The position numbers and the translations under genes were made by a program. From a virus, in the UHGV virus genome UHGV-0114363: a stretch of 29,434 nucleotides of DNA, one strand, 5' to 3'. Below the pieces are notes generated by a model, which searched no databases, was not told the DNA's origin, and worked only from the letters and a program-made list of their open reading frames with translations. This document shows, piece by piece, positions 7,326 to 16,441 of the stretch. How positions within the stretch are numbered: position 1 is the first letter of the stretch; each line of letters begins with the position of its first letter.

Positions 7326-8083
7326 TATTTAGCCCTTACAAGAAAGTTGAATGCAATATTTCTTGGGCGGCTTTCCGTGGATGTTCTGGCAACCCTCGAT
7401 AAATCAAAATTGAATGTAGAAGTTGATACGGTTCCGCCTGGTGCCGGGGGGGCCAGATTGCCCTGAACAACGCTGCGAGAAAATACCCCCAACGCATCTG
7501 TATTTACCCCTGTATAAAGATCAACGAGATAACCAGTAACATTCTGAATGGCGTCTCCCTGCGGTGAAAGCAGGGTTCGCCCATTATCTATCCCACGTCC
7601 ATCATCCCAGACACGCAGAAACTCTCCTCGCAGATCTGGCAATTTCAGGCCCGGCCAAACAAGGGCCAATTTTGGGTAAGTGGTAGGGGAAAATGTTGAG
7701 TCGTTAAACTTAAGGAACACCATGTCGGCCCATTCCGGCATCACGGTATTTGGCATGGCAGAAGACGGCCAAAAAAATGGAACTCCTATCGGTGGTGCAC
7801 CTGCTCCTAAACCAAGGTTTGTGGTAATCGCTGTCGCCAGCTTTGCCACCAGTCCATCAACGTCACCATCATCGAGCGCGTCCAGTTCGGCGTTCGCGAT
7901 AAACTGCCCCAGTACAGCCGCCATCGTCGACGGTTGGCGCAGCGCTTTACTGACCTGTGCGCTGGATGCTTTACCCGAGGAGAATCCTTTCTTCAGTGCG
8001 GTTAGCGTCTCCCATTCCTCCTGCGAGGTAACATTTGCATTAGCATCTGTCGCAAACGCTTTAAAATCATTAGTTCCAGCCAT
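7325..8083 (-). CDS. Tail fiber protein
   Basis: Position between baseplate genes and Tfa; Gly/Ala-rich central region; start at 8083 overlaps the upstream stop by one base (TAATG). Confidence 0.65.
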   Translation of the reverse strand: MAGTNDFKAFATDANANVTSQEEWETLTALKKGFSSGKASSAQVSKALRQPSTMAAVLGQFIANAELDALDDGDVDGLVAKLATAITTNLGLGAGAPPIGVPFFWPSSAMPNTVMPEWADMVFLKFNDSTFSPTTYPKLALVWPGLKLPDLRGEFLRVWDDGRGIDNGRTLLSPQGDAIQNVTGYLVDLYTGVNTDALGVFSRSVVQGNLAPPAPGGTVSTSTFNFDLSRVARTSTESRPRNIAFNFLVRAK

Positions 8084-8763
8084 TAAAGTAATCTCCCCCA
8101 TGCGCCGTCATCAAAACCGGCGATGTATTCGTTATCCATGTCAAATCCAAAGAATTTTGTTCCTTCGGACGGTGTTTCGACCGAGGGTGTTTCAACGCTG
8201 CCAGCCCATACACCAGCAGCTTTAACGGTGAGATAACCCTGTTTGATAGCGGCTATCAGTTCGAGTGACACATCAGAAATATCAGTCTCGGGAAAAACCC
8301 AGACCGATATCGTCATGTCCTGGTTATCGACGATCTGCATCTTCAGTCCAGAGCCTGCGGTAGCAGCGTCAAGGATGGGAGGCAGAGAGTCGTTCCGACC
8401 ATCCCAGTTGTTGATAGCGATTTTCGCTTTCAGAATGATGCGGTACGTCTCATCACTCAGCGTCGTATAGCCAGAATCAGGATCATATGGCCCTTGCCAG
8501 ATGCCCTGGTCATATCCGAGCCCGTCAGTGTCCCAGCTGAAATAAACGCCGCTAATTGGCTGGCTGACTATACGACTACGCCCAATCCACAGGCCGAGGA
8601 TATCGAGTTGCACGCCAACCGCCGTATCGATATCGAAGGCTGTTACAAGCCCTGACATAGTGCTGGACACATCAATCAGCGGGCGGGTGCTCAGATCTAT
8701 ATGGTCAAAAAAGAGTGGCTTGGTAGCATGGTAGTTAGTGATCAGTTCGGTGTATTTGCTCAT
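8083..8763 (-). CDS. Baseplate/tail protein, gpI-like (YmfQ/DUF2313-like by recollection)
   Basis: Conserved position after the baseplate J-like gene; ATGA overlap with upstream gene; start chosen at MSKYTEL (8763). Confidence 0.55.
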   Translation of the reverse strand: MSKYTELITNYHATKPLFFDHIDLSTRPLIDVSSTMSGLVTAFDIDTAVGVQLDILGLWIGRSRIVSQPISGVYFSWDTDGLGYDQGIWQGPYDPDSGYTTLSDETYRIILKAKIAINNWDGRNDSLPPILDAATAGSGLKMQIVDNQDMTISVWVFPETDISDVSLELIAAIKQGYLTVKAAGVWAGSVETPSVETPSEGTKFFGFDMDNEYIAGFDDGAWGRLL

Positions 8764-9959
8764 GAGGTCACCGTGATAGTGACGTGACTCGCAACGCATG
8801 ACGCAGATTCGTCATAAGCAATATCGATATTTCCGCTTGCGACTGAGTCAGAGGATTTGCCGATGAGCAGCTCCTGAATGTCGTAATAGCGAGCACTGCC
8901 TCCGCTTACCACGCCAAGGTTTGCCGGGGAATAAATACGACTCAGCAGAACGTCATCGCCAATTGCCAGGCCATTTATATAATCGGCAACAGCCTGTTTT
9001 ATCTGCTCGCCGATTTGAGATGTATACCCGGTAAAAACTTTCAGGGTAATGGCTACAAAAATTGGCACATCGGTAGAACGCGAAAAACTGATGACGTGAG
9101 GATTACCGTAAGTATCCGGCACGGTGACAGAAGTTGTACCGTAAGTTGCGGTTCCCTGCCCTTTATTCCCCCTGATGGTCTGGGCTATTTCAGTAACATC
9201 CCCTCCCTCAACGATGGCGGAAATTGAATGCGGTGGCAACCCGTTGCTGTCGGTTGCTCCAGTATCATTTTCGTAGAGCTTGTGACGTGTCACGCCCGCA
9301 ACGTTGGCGATCGCACCGTCGACGCCTTCAAACGGTGTGATCGATGATAGCGCTACGCTTTGCCCCTGCCGAATGCGCAGCTCTGCGTCGGTTTCTGCTG
9401 GTGAACCGACAGTAGCCGCAGCCGGGTTGGTTACCGACACCCAGCCGCGAGTCGGTGTGTTAATGGTGGTGATAGTTCCGGCCATCGCCGCAACCGAACC
9501 GCTATTCGCACATGTGGCCGTCACCAGCACAGTACCATCAACCCCGATTGCTACACTCGCGGGAAAATTCCAGATAATGCCGTTTTTATCCCGTGCGGAG
9601 CCATTCGTGATAGTCGTGCCCGCCGTACCGGTTAACAGAAGGTCAGCAGTAGAGTTTGTCGCTACTTTTCGCGTGATCCCGTTAATTTTCACATTGCTGC
9701 TAAGCGCTGCGGCCTGCGCTGTCGTCGGTGAAAACGAGTTGTAGATCCCGATAGCGGTATTGTTAGCGTCATGCACAGCCAGAGCCACCAGCGCGACCAT
9801 CTGCCCGTCTTTGCTGTCTGGTTCGAGGTAGGCATCACTACCGTAAATCTGCCTGAAATAGCTGGTCAGTGTATCTAGGATTGTCTGGTAATCAGGCGCA
9901 CTAATCCCCTGGGCGGTTACCGTTGCCGATAGCCCCAGCGTGTCGAGGTTCAAAGCCAT
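8760..9959 (-). CDS. Baseplate J-like protein
   Basis: 399-aa protein in canonical position between gpW-like and gpI-like genes; Gly/Thr/Ala-rich central region. Confidence 0.65.
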   Translation of the reverse strand: MALNLDTLGLSATVTAQGISAPDYQTILDTLTSYFRQIYGSDAYLEPDSKDGQMVALVALAVHDANNTAIGIYNSFSPTTAQAAALSSNVKINGITRKVATNSTADLLLTGTAGTTITNGSARDKNGIIWNFPASVAIGVDGTVLVTATCANSGSVAAMAGTITTINTPTRGWVSVTNPAAATVGSPAETDAELRIRQGQSVALSSITPFEGVDGAIANVAGVTRHKLYENDTGATDSNGLPPHSISAIVEGGDVTEIAQTIRGNKGQGTATYGTTSVTVPDTYGNPHVISFSRSTDVPIFVAITLKVFTGYTSQIGEQIKQAVADYINGLAIGDDVLLSRIYSPANLGVVSGGSARYYDIQELLIGKSSDSVASGNIDIAYDESASCVASHVTITVTS

Positions 9960-10313
9960 TTATGCCTCGCTTGTTACAGTCGTCTGGCCGTAGATTGTGT
10001 CAATGGAGGAAGTGAAGGTGACGCGACGGCTGGTGCCGTCATAATTGGTATCGAAGGAAAGAATCGACAGAACGCCCGGTGTGTCCTGTATGCGTTCGCG
10101 TATAGCCAGGATGTAGACGTCAGAACGCTGCTTACCCAGCACTGACTGGACATACGGCGTGCCTTCTGTCAGGTCGAGAAACCACTGACCTCGCCACAGC
10201 TCGAAACGGGTTTTTACGGCCTGGGCAACGCACTCCTGGCTGTCGATAAGGAAGGTGTTGTCACCCTGCCCGAAAGTGTAATCGCCGTCAGCATCTTCGC
10301 GTCGGTATCGCAT
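9960..10313 (-). CDS. Baseplate assembly protein W / GP46-like
   Basis: 117-aa protein immediately upstream of the J-like gene with adjacent stop/start; segment FELWRGQWFLDLTEGTPY is typical of GP46/gpW-type wedge proteins (recollection). Confidence 0.6.
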   Translation of the reverse strand: MRYRREDADGDYTFGQGDNTFLIDSQECVAQAVKTRFELWRGQWFLDLTEGTPYVQSVLGKQRSDVYILAIRERIQDTPGVLSILSFDTNYDGTSRRVTFTSSIDTIYGQTTVTSEA

Positions 10314-10316
10314 AAA

Positions 10317-10415
10317 TCACCACCAGCGTATAGCGCTAATAACGCTTGACAGACCGAATAAAAAGAACACGGCCCAGATGAGGAAGAATTTCCAGTTGGG
10401 TAGTTTTTCGCCCAT
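10317..10415 (-). CDS. Putative 32-aa single-pass membrane peptide (MGEKLPNWKFFLIWAVFFLFGLSSVISAIRWW)
   Basis: Hand-translated small ORF absent from the supplied track (below size cutoff); GGGAG Shine-Dalgarno 9 nt upstream; stop lies 3 nt before the gpW-like ATG; strongly hydrophobic core. Confidence 0.3.
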   Translation of the reverse strand: MGEKLPNWKFFLIWAVFFLFGLSSVISAIRWW

Positions 10416-10490
10416 GACTCGCAACTCCCGTATCAGTTTGCTAAAATTAATCACATATTCTCCCTTGCTATCCTCAAGGTGCAGAAAGTA

Positions 10491-10525
10491 AAAAGCCCCG
10501 AAGTGTTAGCGCACCCGGGGCTTTT
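10491..10525. terminator. Hairpin with 10-bp stem (AAAAGCCCCG / CGGGGCTTTT) and 15-nt loop, T/A-flanked; possible intrinsic terminator
   Basis: Located just downstream (minus sense) of the gpV-like stop; flanking A/T runs on both sides; large loop lowers confidence. Confidence 0.4.
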
Positions 10526-10541
10526 GTCTGTTTGGTAGTTT

Positions 10542-11282
10542 TTAATTAGGCGCGGTAGTATTCCCGCTGCCATTCTGCACACCGCCATGGGTATGCTGGA
10601 TGAGGCTCTTACCTCCAGCCTTCACATCGTTAGTCACCGTCACCGGCCCAAGCATCGTCGCAGTACCGCCACTTTCGCCCATTCCCTGAGACAGATTGCC
10701 ATTAATCGTTACGTTGCCGTTCAGCGTGATAGTCGGGGATGTGATTGTCGTTCCACCTTCAGCCGTAGCCGTGAGCTGGCCCGGTGTTTGAACGGTGATG
10801 TTATGTCCTGCGGCAACCTCTACGAACGCCGCACCATCATCGGTTCGCAGCTGCGCGGCGCTGGTACTGATACCGCTGATTTTCTGTGCTTGCGACTGCG
10901 GGCCAACGATGGCGAACGCATCAGATAAGTCATGCTGTCGCGGATCGATGGTCTCCTGAACGCCGCCGCTCTGCCACCAGAAATCGATGCAACGGTCGGC
11001 AAAGAGCAGCAGGCACTCGTCGCCTTCTTTAACCGGAAAAGTCAGCGTACAACCGCCGCCACGCGGGAAGATAACCGGCACATCCACCAGCGGTTTTAAT
11101 TCGGTGGAGCCATCGCCAACGATACCGCGAAGCGCTACCTCTACCGTGCAGGTAACAGTATCAGGATCGAACGACTGAATGATGCCGGGCATCGCTACGC
11201 GCATCTGGGTAGACACCGAATCGGCAATGGCCTGCGCGGTCTGCTGCTCGCCGCCGATCTGTGATTGAGTTGGAATTGGCAT
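10542..11282 (-). CDS. Baseplate assembly protein V (spike)
   Basis: N-terminal MPIPTQSQIGGEQQTAQAIADSV... and C-terminal LIQHTHGGVQNGSGNTTAPN match the gpV/Mu gp45-type spike pattern; Gly/Thr-rich beta-helix-like C-terminal half. Confidence 0.75.
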   Translation of the reverse strand: MPIPTQSQIGGEQQTAQAIADSVSTQMRVAMPGIIQSFDPDTVTCTVEVALRGIVGDGSTELKPLVDVPVIFPRGGGCTLTFPVKEGDECLLLFADRCIDFWWQSGGVQETIDPRQHDLSDAFAIVGPQSQAQKISGISTSAAQLRTDDGAAFVEVAAGHNITVQTPGQLTATAEGGTTITSPTITLNGNVTINGNLSQGMGESGGTATMLGPVTVTNDVKAGGKSLIQHTHGGVQNGSGNTTAPN

Positions 11283-11292
11283 AAAAACCCCA

Positions 11293-11323
11293 TAAAAAAA
11301 CCCGCCGAAGCGGGTTTATTTTG
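11293..11323. terminator. Bidirectional rho-independent terminator (AAACCCGC-CGAA-GCGGGTTT with A-run and T-run flanks)
   Basis: Perfect 8-bp GC-rich stem, 4-nt loop, 8 A upstream and TTTATTTT downstream; lies between the moron gene stop (11334) and the gpV start (11282). Confidence 0.7.
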
Positions 11324-11333
11324 AATCTTTGAT

Positions 11334-11966
11334 TTAGTGTAGCTGCTCGGTACTTATCACAAGCAGACGATGGGAATGGCAATCTCTATCATTACCCCAA
11401 CAGAAGTTGGCCCAAGTGCCGTAGAAATCATCCCATGAAGTCATGAAAGTCAGTGGGCGTTCTTCCTGTGTACCGTCAGATACATAAACGTGATAACCCT
11501 CAGTCTGAATTGCCCAAGCAATCATTCGTTCCCAGAATCGGCGACCATCTAAAGTCTGCTCACTATCGGAAACCACGATGGAGTAGCTACTCAGGAAGAA
11601 TTTGAAAAATTCTTGCGGCAGTCCACGGACAGCTGTATCAAACTGAGGTTGAACAGTTTTCCAGACAAGAATCTGAGTACAAATTTTCCGGGTAGGAACA
11701 ATGTGCTCAAGGAAATCGAGTTTTACTGCATACACAGTTTCAGGCACGCCAGAGTCAGTAACCAGACGATACTGATTGCCTTTTACAGCCTGGAGCAAGC
11801 GGTAGCCATGAGGAGTAACAAACCCAGGCAAAGCAAACTCTTTCACACCAGCGCGGATGAACGCTTCGGTATGCTCGATGTTTTTCTCTGTCATGTTCAG
11901 CTTTGCGTCGAAGCTAGCTGATGGGATCTCATATGGCATTTTATGGTTCGCTCGGTAAGTTCTCAT
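11334..11966 (-). CDS. Hypothetical protein, moron gene embedded in the tail operon (210 aa from MRTYRANHK)
   Basis: Long ORF with GGAGGT Shine-Dalgarno 4 nt upstream of the ATG at 11966; lower GC than flanking tail genes by eye; followed by its own intrinsic terminator; no recognisable family. Confidence 0.6.
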   Translation of the reverse strand: MRTYRANHKMPYEIPSASFDAKLNMTEKNIEHTEAFIRAGVKEFALPGFVTPHGYRLLQAVKGNQYRLVTDSGVPETVYAVKLDFLEHIVPTRKICTQILVWKTVQPQFDTAVRGLPQEFFKFFLSSYSIVVSDSEQTLDGRRFWERMIAWAIQTEGYHVYVSDGTQEERPLTFMTSWDDFYGTWANFCWGNDRDCHSHRLLVISTEQLH

Positions 11967-12090
11967 AGTGACCTCCATGCTTTGCTGGAGCACTTCTTAC
12001 AGGTTAGGCAAATATTAGTATCGTAATACAGTTTAATACCATCCTTCATAGATGGGCAAGGTTAATCTATGTTGGCTTGTATTAGAGGGG

Positions 12091-12441
12091 TTACTTAACT
12101 TTCACACAGTCGTAAGTTGCGTATTGACGCGGCGCATTCATGCTGGCTTGCAGCCACTGAGCGTTGAGAATGGCCTTGCCGTTGCGCTTGATGTACTCAA
12201 GACCAACCCAACGACCGGGTTGATTAGTAGCCATGCGCCATTCCATCTTAATGTTCTCGTAGTCTTCTTTTTGCTTAAGGAACGTTACCTTCTGAGTTTC
12301 AGGCTTCGCACCGTTAATGCGTGCCCATCCATCATTTGCCGGGCTGGTGCCCAAGTGGAAAGGCCCACACTGGGAATCAGCATGAGCTACGCCCGCTAGG
12401 GCAAAAGAGCTACAAGCAATCATCAGGATGAGTTTTTTCAT
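12091..12441 (-). CDS. Small secreted/periplasmic protein with N-terminal signal peptide (moron gene)
   Basis: MKKLILMIACSSFALAGVAHA followed by a mature domain with two Cys (possible disulfide); start at 12441 preferred because it begins 4 nt after the upstream tail gene stop; no recognisable family. Confidence 0.6.
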   Translation of the reverse strand: MKKLILMIACSSFALAGVAHADSQCGPFHLGTSPANDGWARINGAKPETQKVTFLKQKEDYENIKMEWRMATNQPGRWVGLEYIKRNGKAILNAQWLQASMNAPRQYATYDCVKVK

Positions 12442-12445
12442 TTTC

Positions 12446-13507
12446 TTAAAACGTCCGGTTAAGTGATGCGTTACTCTGCAAATCGCGGCTGCCACGCGCA
12501 AAGCACATCAAATCCATGTACCACGCCTGACCTCTGGTGTCGCCAGTATAGTCGATAGCTTTGACGATATAAACGCCATCTGTCGCAATGCTGGCAGCCT
12601 GTGACGTTGTGCCGGTCAGAACGCGGTTGCCGTTCTCTTCTGTTTCGGTGATACGCCCGGGCGACTGAGCGATTTCGCTATTGCCGAGTGCGGCGCGGTA
12701 CACCGAAGCCTGATCGAGCTGGATAAGACCATTGATGCGAATGTTGGGGTTTATCAGGCACCGCACGTTTACGCCGCCGCCCATCGTCTGTTGCGGCATA
12801 CCGATCAGGCCAGTATCAGCATTCAACACAATGGCTTCGTGAATATATTTATCCTCCGGCACCATCTGGACCTGACCATCCACCAGTTGCCATGTCGCTT
12901 TGCACTGCGCAGCAATATTATCCATCACGTTGCGGCTGGATGAGTAAATCGCGCGGCCACGAGGAAACACGGTATCAGGAAAATCGCCGGTAATGCCCTG
13001 TGTCACGCCGAACGCGTTGAAATCCTGCATCGTCGCCCGGTGCAGATCCGCAACGGTATAGCCAGCGGCAAGCGTGGTGATGGTAGTCGCGTAGAGGAAC
13101 GCTTCGTGGTTACTGATGGCCTGAATCAGCACCCAGGAATCCGTAATGTTGTCCTTCCCGGTGACGGTGAAGCGAATATCACCGTCAAATATCAGGCCGT
13201 AGTTCTGACCGTTCACCTGCCCTATCTGGTCTGGTGAAATCTCCCGGGACACACCAACCTGGCTCGCATCAACATCCGGCGCTATACCGTCATACCCGGC
13301 AATGATGCGAATTTTGGCAAACTCCTGCCCAAGTATCTTGTTCGTGGTATCGGTCGAAAGGTTGTAAATTTTCACGTTCGCCACGCGTGGCCAGCGTGTG
13401 TCTGCCCACTCGATCTGGAACGTAACCTTAAAGTCAGACAGGGAAACGCCCTGCCCGTTCTGGTCCAACAGTTGCAGCTCAAAATGGCGCATCCAGTTAA
13501 GAGACAT
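12446..13507 (-). CDS. Tail/baseplate hub protein (phage tail protein, gpD/Mu P-like position)
   Basis: 353-aa protein in conserved position between tape-measure-proximal small tail genes and the spike gene; tight coupling with neighbours. Confidence 0.55.
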   Translation of the reverse strand: MSLNWMRHFELQLLDQNGQGVSLSDFKVTFQIEWADTRWPRVANVKIYNLSTDTTNKILGQEFAKIRIIAGYDGIAPDVDASQVGVSREISPDQIGQVNGQNYGLIFDGDIRFTVTGKDNITDSWVLIQAISNHEAFLYATTITTLAAGYTVADLHRATMQDFNAFGVTQGITGDFPDTVFPRGRAIYSSSRNVMDNIAAQCKATWQLVDGQVQMVPEDKYIHEAIVLNADTGLIGMPQQTMGGGVNVRCLINPNIRINGLIQLDQASVYRAALGNSEIAQSPGRITETEENGNRVLTGTTSQAASIATDGVYIVKAIDYTGDTRGQAWYMDLMCFARGSRDLQSNASLNRTF

Positions 13508-13509
13508 TT

Positions 13510-13815
13510 CTACTCCTGTACGAAAATGAGGTGGCTGTATGTGCCGAGATTGGTTTTGGTGGGCTCGTCCGGTGCGCCCACATCGCAGCCTACGAGCAGC
13601 GCCCCGTTAATACCTAGTTGAGGATATTGCTCAAGAAGATTTACACCGGTTACCAGCGGCACGCCAGAAAGAAGCGGTTCGCCACTGCTATCTTGTACAT
13701 CCAGAATCCAGCCAGCAGAATCACGCCAAATGACTCTCAGCGTGTATGTTGTCTCTGCTAACTGAATGCGAAATAGCTGGTTATCCGGCGATAAAGGGAT
13801 TTCAGTTACATTCAT
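13510..13815 (-). CDS. Small tail/baseplate protein (101 aa)
   Basis: Conserved position; ATGA-type overlap with upstream gene. Confidence 0.45.
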   Translation of the reverse strand: MNVTEIPLSPDNQLFRIQLAETTYTLRVIWRDSAGWILDVQDSSGEPLLSGVPLVTGVNLLEQYPQLGINGALLVGCDVGAPDEPTKTNLGTYSHLIFVQE

Positions 13816-14438
13816 TGGATACCTATAGAGTTACCAAGACTGGTTCCTTTTAGTCCATCAAACCACCCTGTTGACTTAATTACCGATTCATTTACTGGGG
13901 TGGTGGATTTAGTCCCGGAATTCTGCACCGCAGATGTACTAACCCCGTCCTGCATATCGGATTTATCAGCAACGGTGACATTTTTTGTATGCGTTATGAT
14001 GACTTCACGCAGGGTAAGCGTGCAGTTCAGCACGTTCTCGCTGGTTTTATCGGTCGTCACTTCTATGGCGCGCACCAGCATATTGGTGTACACCCTCTTT
14101 CCGGTCACCACATCGAACGGCACGCGCTCAAGCTGCATATCCAGCAGCTTTTGGTATGTCTCCTTAGGGCTAAGCCCAGCGCTAAGACCGATTGAAGATG
14201 TATCAATGAAGTCCAGCAACGAACCGCCACCAGCGAAGCCGCATTCCATTGTGACTTCGCTGGGGCGCTTATACGCATGATCGGCGATGAAGCCCGAAGC
14301 GCTATTCGTTGTTGGCTTCTCCACCGGGTGCTCAGTAATTTCGAGCGCATCAGAATGCTTTTCGGAGACGACCACGCTGGGAATTAATATGCCAACTCGC
14401 CGGGATTGCTGGCGAAAAATAGCGGAGAGAATATCCAT
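13812..14438 (-). CDS. Tail protein following the tape measure (208 aa)
   Basis: Start overlaps the tape measure stop; conserved synteny. Confidence 0.45.
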   Translation of the reverse strand: MDILSAIFRQQSRRVGILIPSVVVSEKHSDALEITEHPVEKPTTNSASGFIADHAYKRPSEVTMECGFAGGGSLLDFIDTSSIGLSAGLSPKETYQKLLDMQLERVPFDVVTGKRVYTNMLVRAIEVTTDKTSENVLNCTLTLREVIITHTKNVTVADKSDMQDGVSTSAVQNSGTKSTTPVNESVIKSTGWFDGLKGTSLGNSIGIQ

Positions 14439-16441
14439 TAGCTCGGCACCGTTCGAAGTTGTTGAGTTAGTTGTGAATTAACGTTCTTCTGCCGCTCAAC
14501 TGTGATATTGGCAGCCTCACGTGGATCAGATACACCGTGAATATTAATAACCGTTTCTTGCTGTATGTTTTGTGAAGCACCGCCACCAGCGGCCATACGA
14601 ACCAATTCACTTGGGTAAGGGTTTCTCCCGTTCTCATGATGGATAATTCCATTCATCAGAGAGGACATTACCTGCGGATCTTTAAGGTTGAGAATGGCAT
14701 CAGGAGCCACACCCATCATTTTCGATAACTGAGCAATGTAAGCACCGGTATTATTTTCATTCCCCGGTGCCCACGTAGAGATTATATCGTTAAGGGTTTG
14801 CAGCGGCTTGCCTGTCGTCTTACCTTCAAAGTAGCGCATTAATTGTCGGGAAAGCGCTTTCAGGCCATCATAGGCAGTTTCAAACCGGGCGAACCTGCCG
14901 CCAGGCCTTTCGAGCGTCGCCCCAGATTGCCCACGAAAGTCGATATTACCGGGGTTATTATTTCTAATACCTCGTGGAGCTTTAGCAGACTGGGCATGTT
15001 GGTCAGGCTCATCATCACCGAACCAGCCGCGCACCGTTCGGCCCACGCTGCGAGGATCGAATCCCCAGTGCTCTTTAATCCAGTCGGCGGTACCGTTGGC
15101 GCTATCTGTTACCATCGGCATCGCTGACGGATTTTCGCTGCCCTGATTTAGCAGCTGTTTGCCTATACTAGCGGCCTGCGCCCAGTTGCCATCTTTTATG
15201 GCATTCAGCAAATCAGCGATCATGTTCAGCATCTTGCCGAACTCACCCATTTGCGAAATGAAGTTGCTAAAATCCCACTTTAGGGACCATGACTTGGGGT
15301 CAATACCGAGCAACTTAGCCAGCGCTTTTGTCAGGTCCGTAACAGTCTTTTTCAGGTCACCAATCATTTTGACGGCCTGATCAATTTCAGTCTTCCATTT
15401 CCCCCAGTCAATCAGGCTTTTGCCACCTTCTTTCCACGTCTGGTAATCATCCAAGAGCAGACCAAGTGCAATAATAAGCGTCGTTATCATGCCCAAGGGT
15501 GATGACATGAAAGCGGTATTTAGCAGCCGCCATGCAACCAACAGCCCACTGAACAATGCGATAAGCTGCTGCGTGGCTGGGTTCAGCTTTTTGAACCAGG
15601 CGATCACACCCTCAACAGCTTGCCCAGTTCGCCATAACACGCGGGTAATCGCGTCACCTGCCCAGAGAATTCCTTTGATGATCTTCGTGATGACCGCTTC
15701 AATCTTCGGCCAGTTGTCGAGTATCTGCCTGCGGAAGTTATCAATACTGCCAGCAAGGCCACCAGCTAGGTTAGAGCCAATCTTGTCTTTCGCCTGTCCA
15801 AGCGTCATCGTCAGATTACGCATGGAGGTCATGAAAATATTGGACTGTTTAGCCGCTGACTCAGCATTAAAACCAATACGCTTTGCCGTCAACGCGTACT
15901 CAGAACTGAGCTGCCCCATCCCTCTGCGCATCGCCATCAGCGTGTTTTCATCGATGCCGAGCATCTGCGCGTATTGTTTCGCGCGGTAATACGGCATGTT
16001 GTTGAGCTTTTGCCCAACGCCAGTAAAGATGGCCGCAGTATCACGCATCTTTCCGCTGGCATCGCGAGTCTGGACGCCCAGGCGGTTCAGGAAGCCTTCC
16101 GCGCCCGGATTGCTACGCATGAAACCGGCCAGCCCTTCAAGAGAGGACATGGCCGACTCGGCGCTGGCACCGGTTTGCGATGCGGCATAGCCCAGCGCTT
16201 TGATGCCCTGGACGCTGGCCCCCGTCCGCTGGGATGCCCAGTAAATTTTATCCAGACCATTCGCGATCTGGGTGGTAAATCCGACAATGCTAAGCGCTGA
16301 GCCTTTCACCACCGCGCCGACCTTCAGAACGTTAGCTGTAACGCCTTTCAGCACGGCTTCAAACTTATTAGCGCCAGCCTGATCGATATCGAATCCCAGC
16401 GAAACAAGGAAATCTTTAATCGTATCTGCGTTACCGCTCAT
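14438..16441 (-). CDS. Tail tape measure protein with C-terminal peptidoglycan hydrolase-like region
   Basis: 667 aa, Ala/Gly/Met-rich helical N-terminal part, central hydrophobic segment, C-terminal RGIRNNNPGNIDFRG...GIIHHENGRNPY region; located after the chaperone frameshift region. Confidence 0.8.
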   Translation of the reverse strand: MSGNADTIKDFLVSLGFDIDQAGANKFEAVLKGVTANVLKVGAVVKGSALSIVGFTTQIANGLDKIYWASQRTGASVQGIKALGYAASQTGASAESAMSSLEGLAGFMRSNPGAEGFLNRLGVQTRDASGKMRDTAAIFTGVGQKLNNMPYYRAKQYAQMLGIDENTLMAMRRGMGQLSSEYALTAKRIGFNAESAAKQSNIFMTSMRNLTMTLGQAKDKIGSNLAGGLAGSIDNFRRQILDNWPKIEAVITKIIKGILWAGDAITRVLWRTGQAVEGVIAWFKKLNPATQQLIALFSGLLVAWRLLNTAFMSSPLGMITTLIIALGLLLDDYQTWKEGGKSLIDWGKWKTEIDQAVKMIGDLKKTVTDLTKALAKLLGIDPKSWSLKWDFSNFISQMGEFGKMLNMIADLLNAIKDGNWAQAASIGKQLLNQGSENPSAMPMVTDSANGTADWIKEHWGFDPRSVGRTVRGWFGDDEPDQHAQSAKAPRGIRNNNPGNIDFRGQSGATLERPGGRFARFETAYDGLKALSRQLMRYFEGKTTGKPLQTLNDIISTWAPGNENNTGAYIAQLSKMMGVAPDAILNLKDPQVMSSLMNGIIHHENGRNPYPSELVRMAAGGGASQNIQQETVINIHGVSDPREAANITVERQKNVNSQLTQQLRTVPS

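Noticed and set aside
12442-12501. N-terminal 20-codon extension of the secreted-protein ORF (start at 12501)
   Set aside because: Would overlap the upstream tail gene by 56 nt and bury the signal peptide; the ATG at 12441 gives a canonical signal peptide at the N-terminus.
15489-15989. Plus-strand ORFs (14843-15127, 15159-15380, 15489-15989, 15974-16300) inside the tape measure gene
   Set aside because: All antisense to the tape measure gene, which is intact and tightly coupled to its neighbours.
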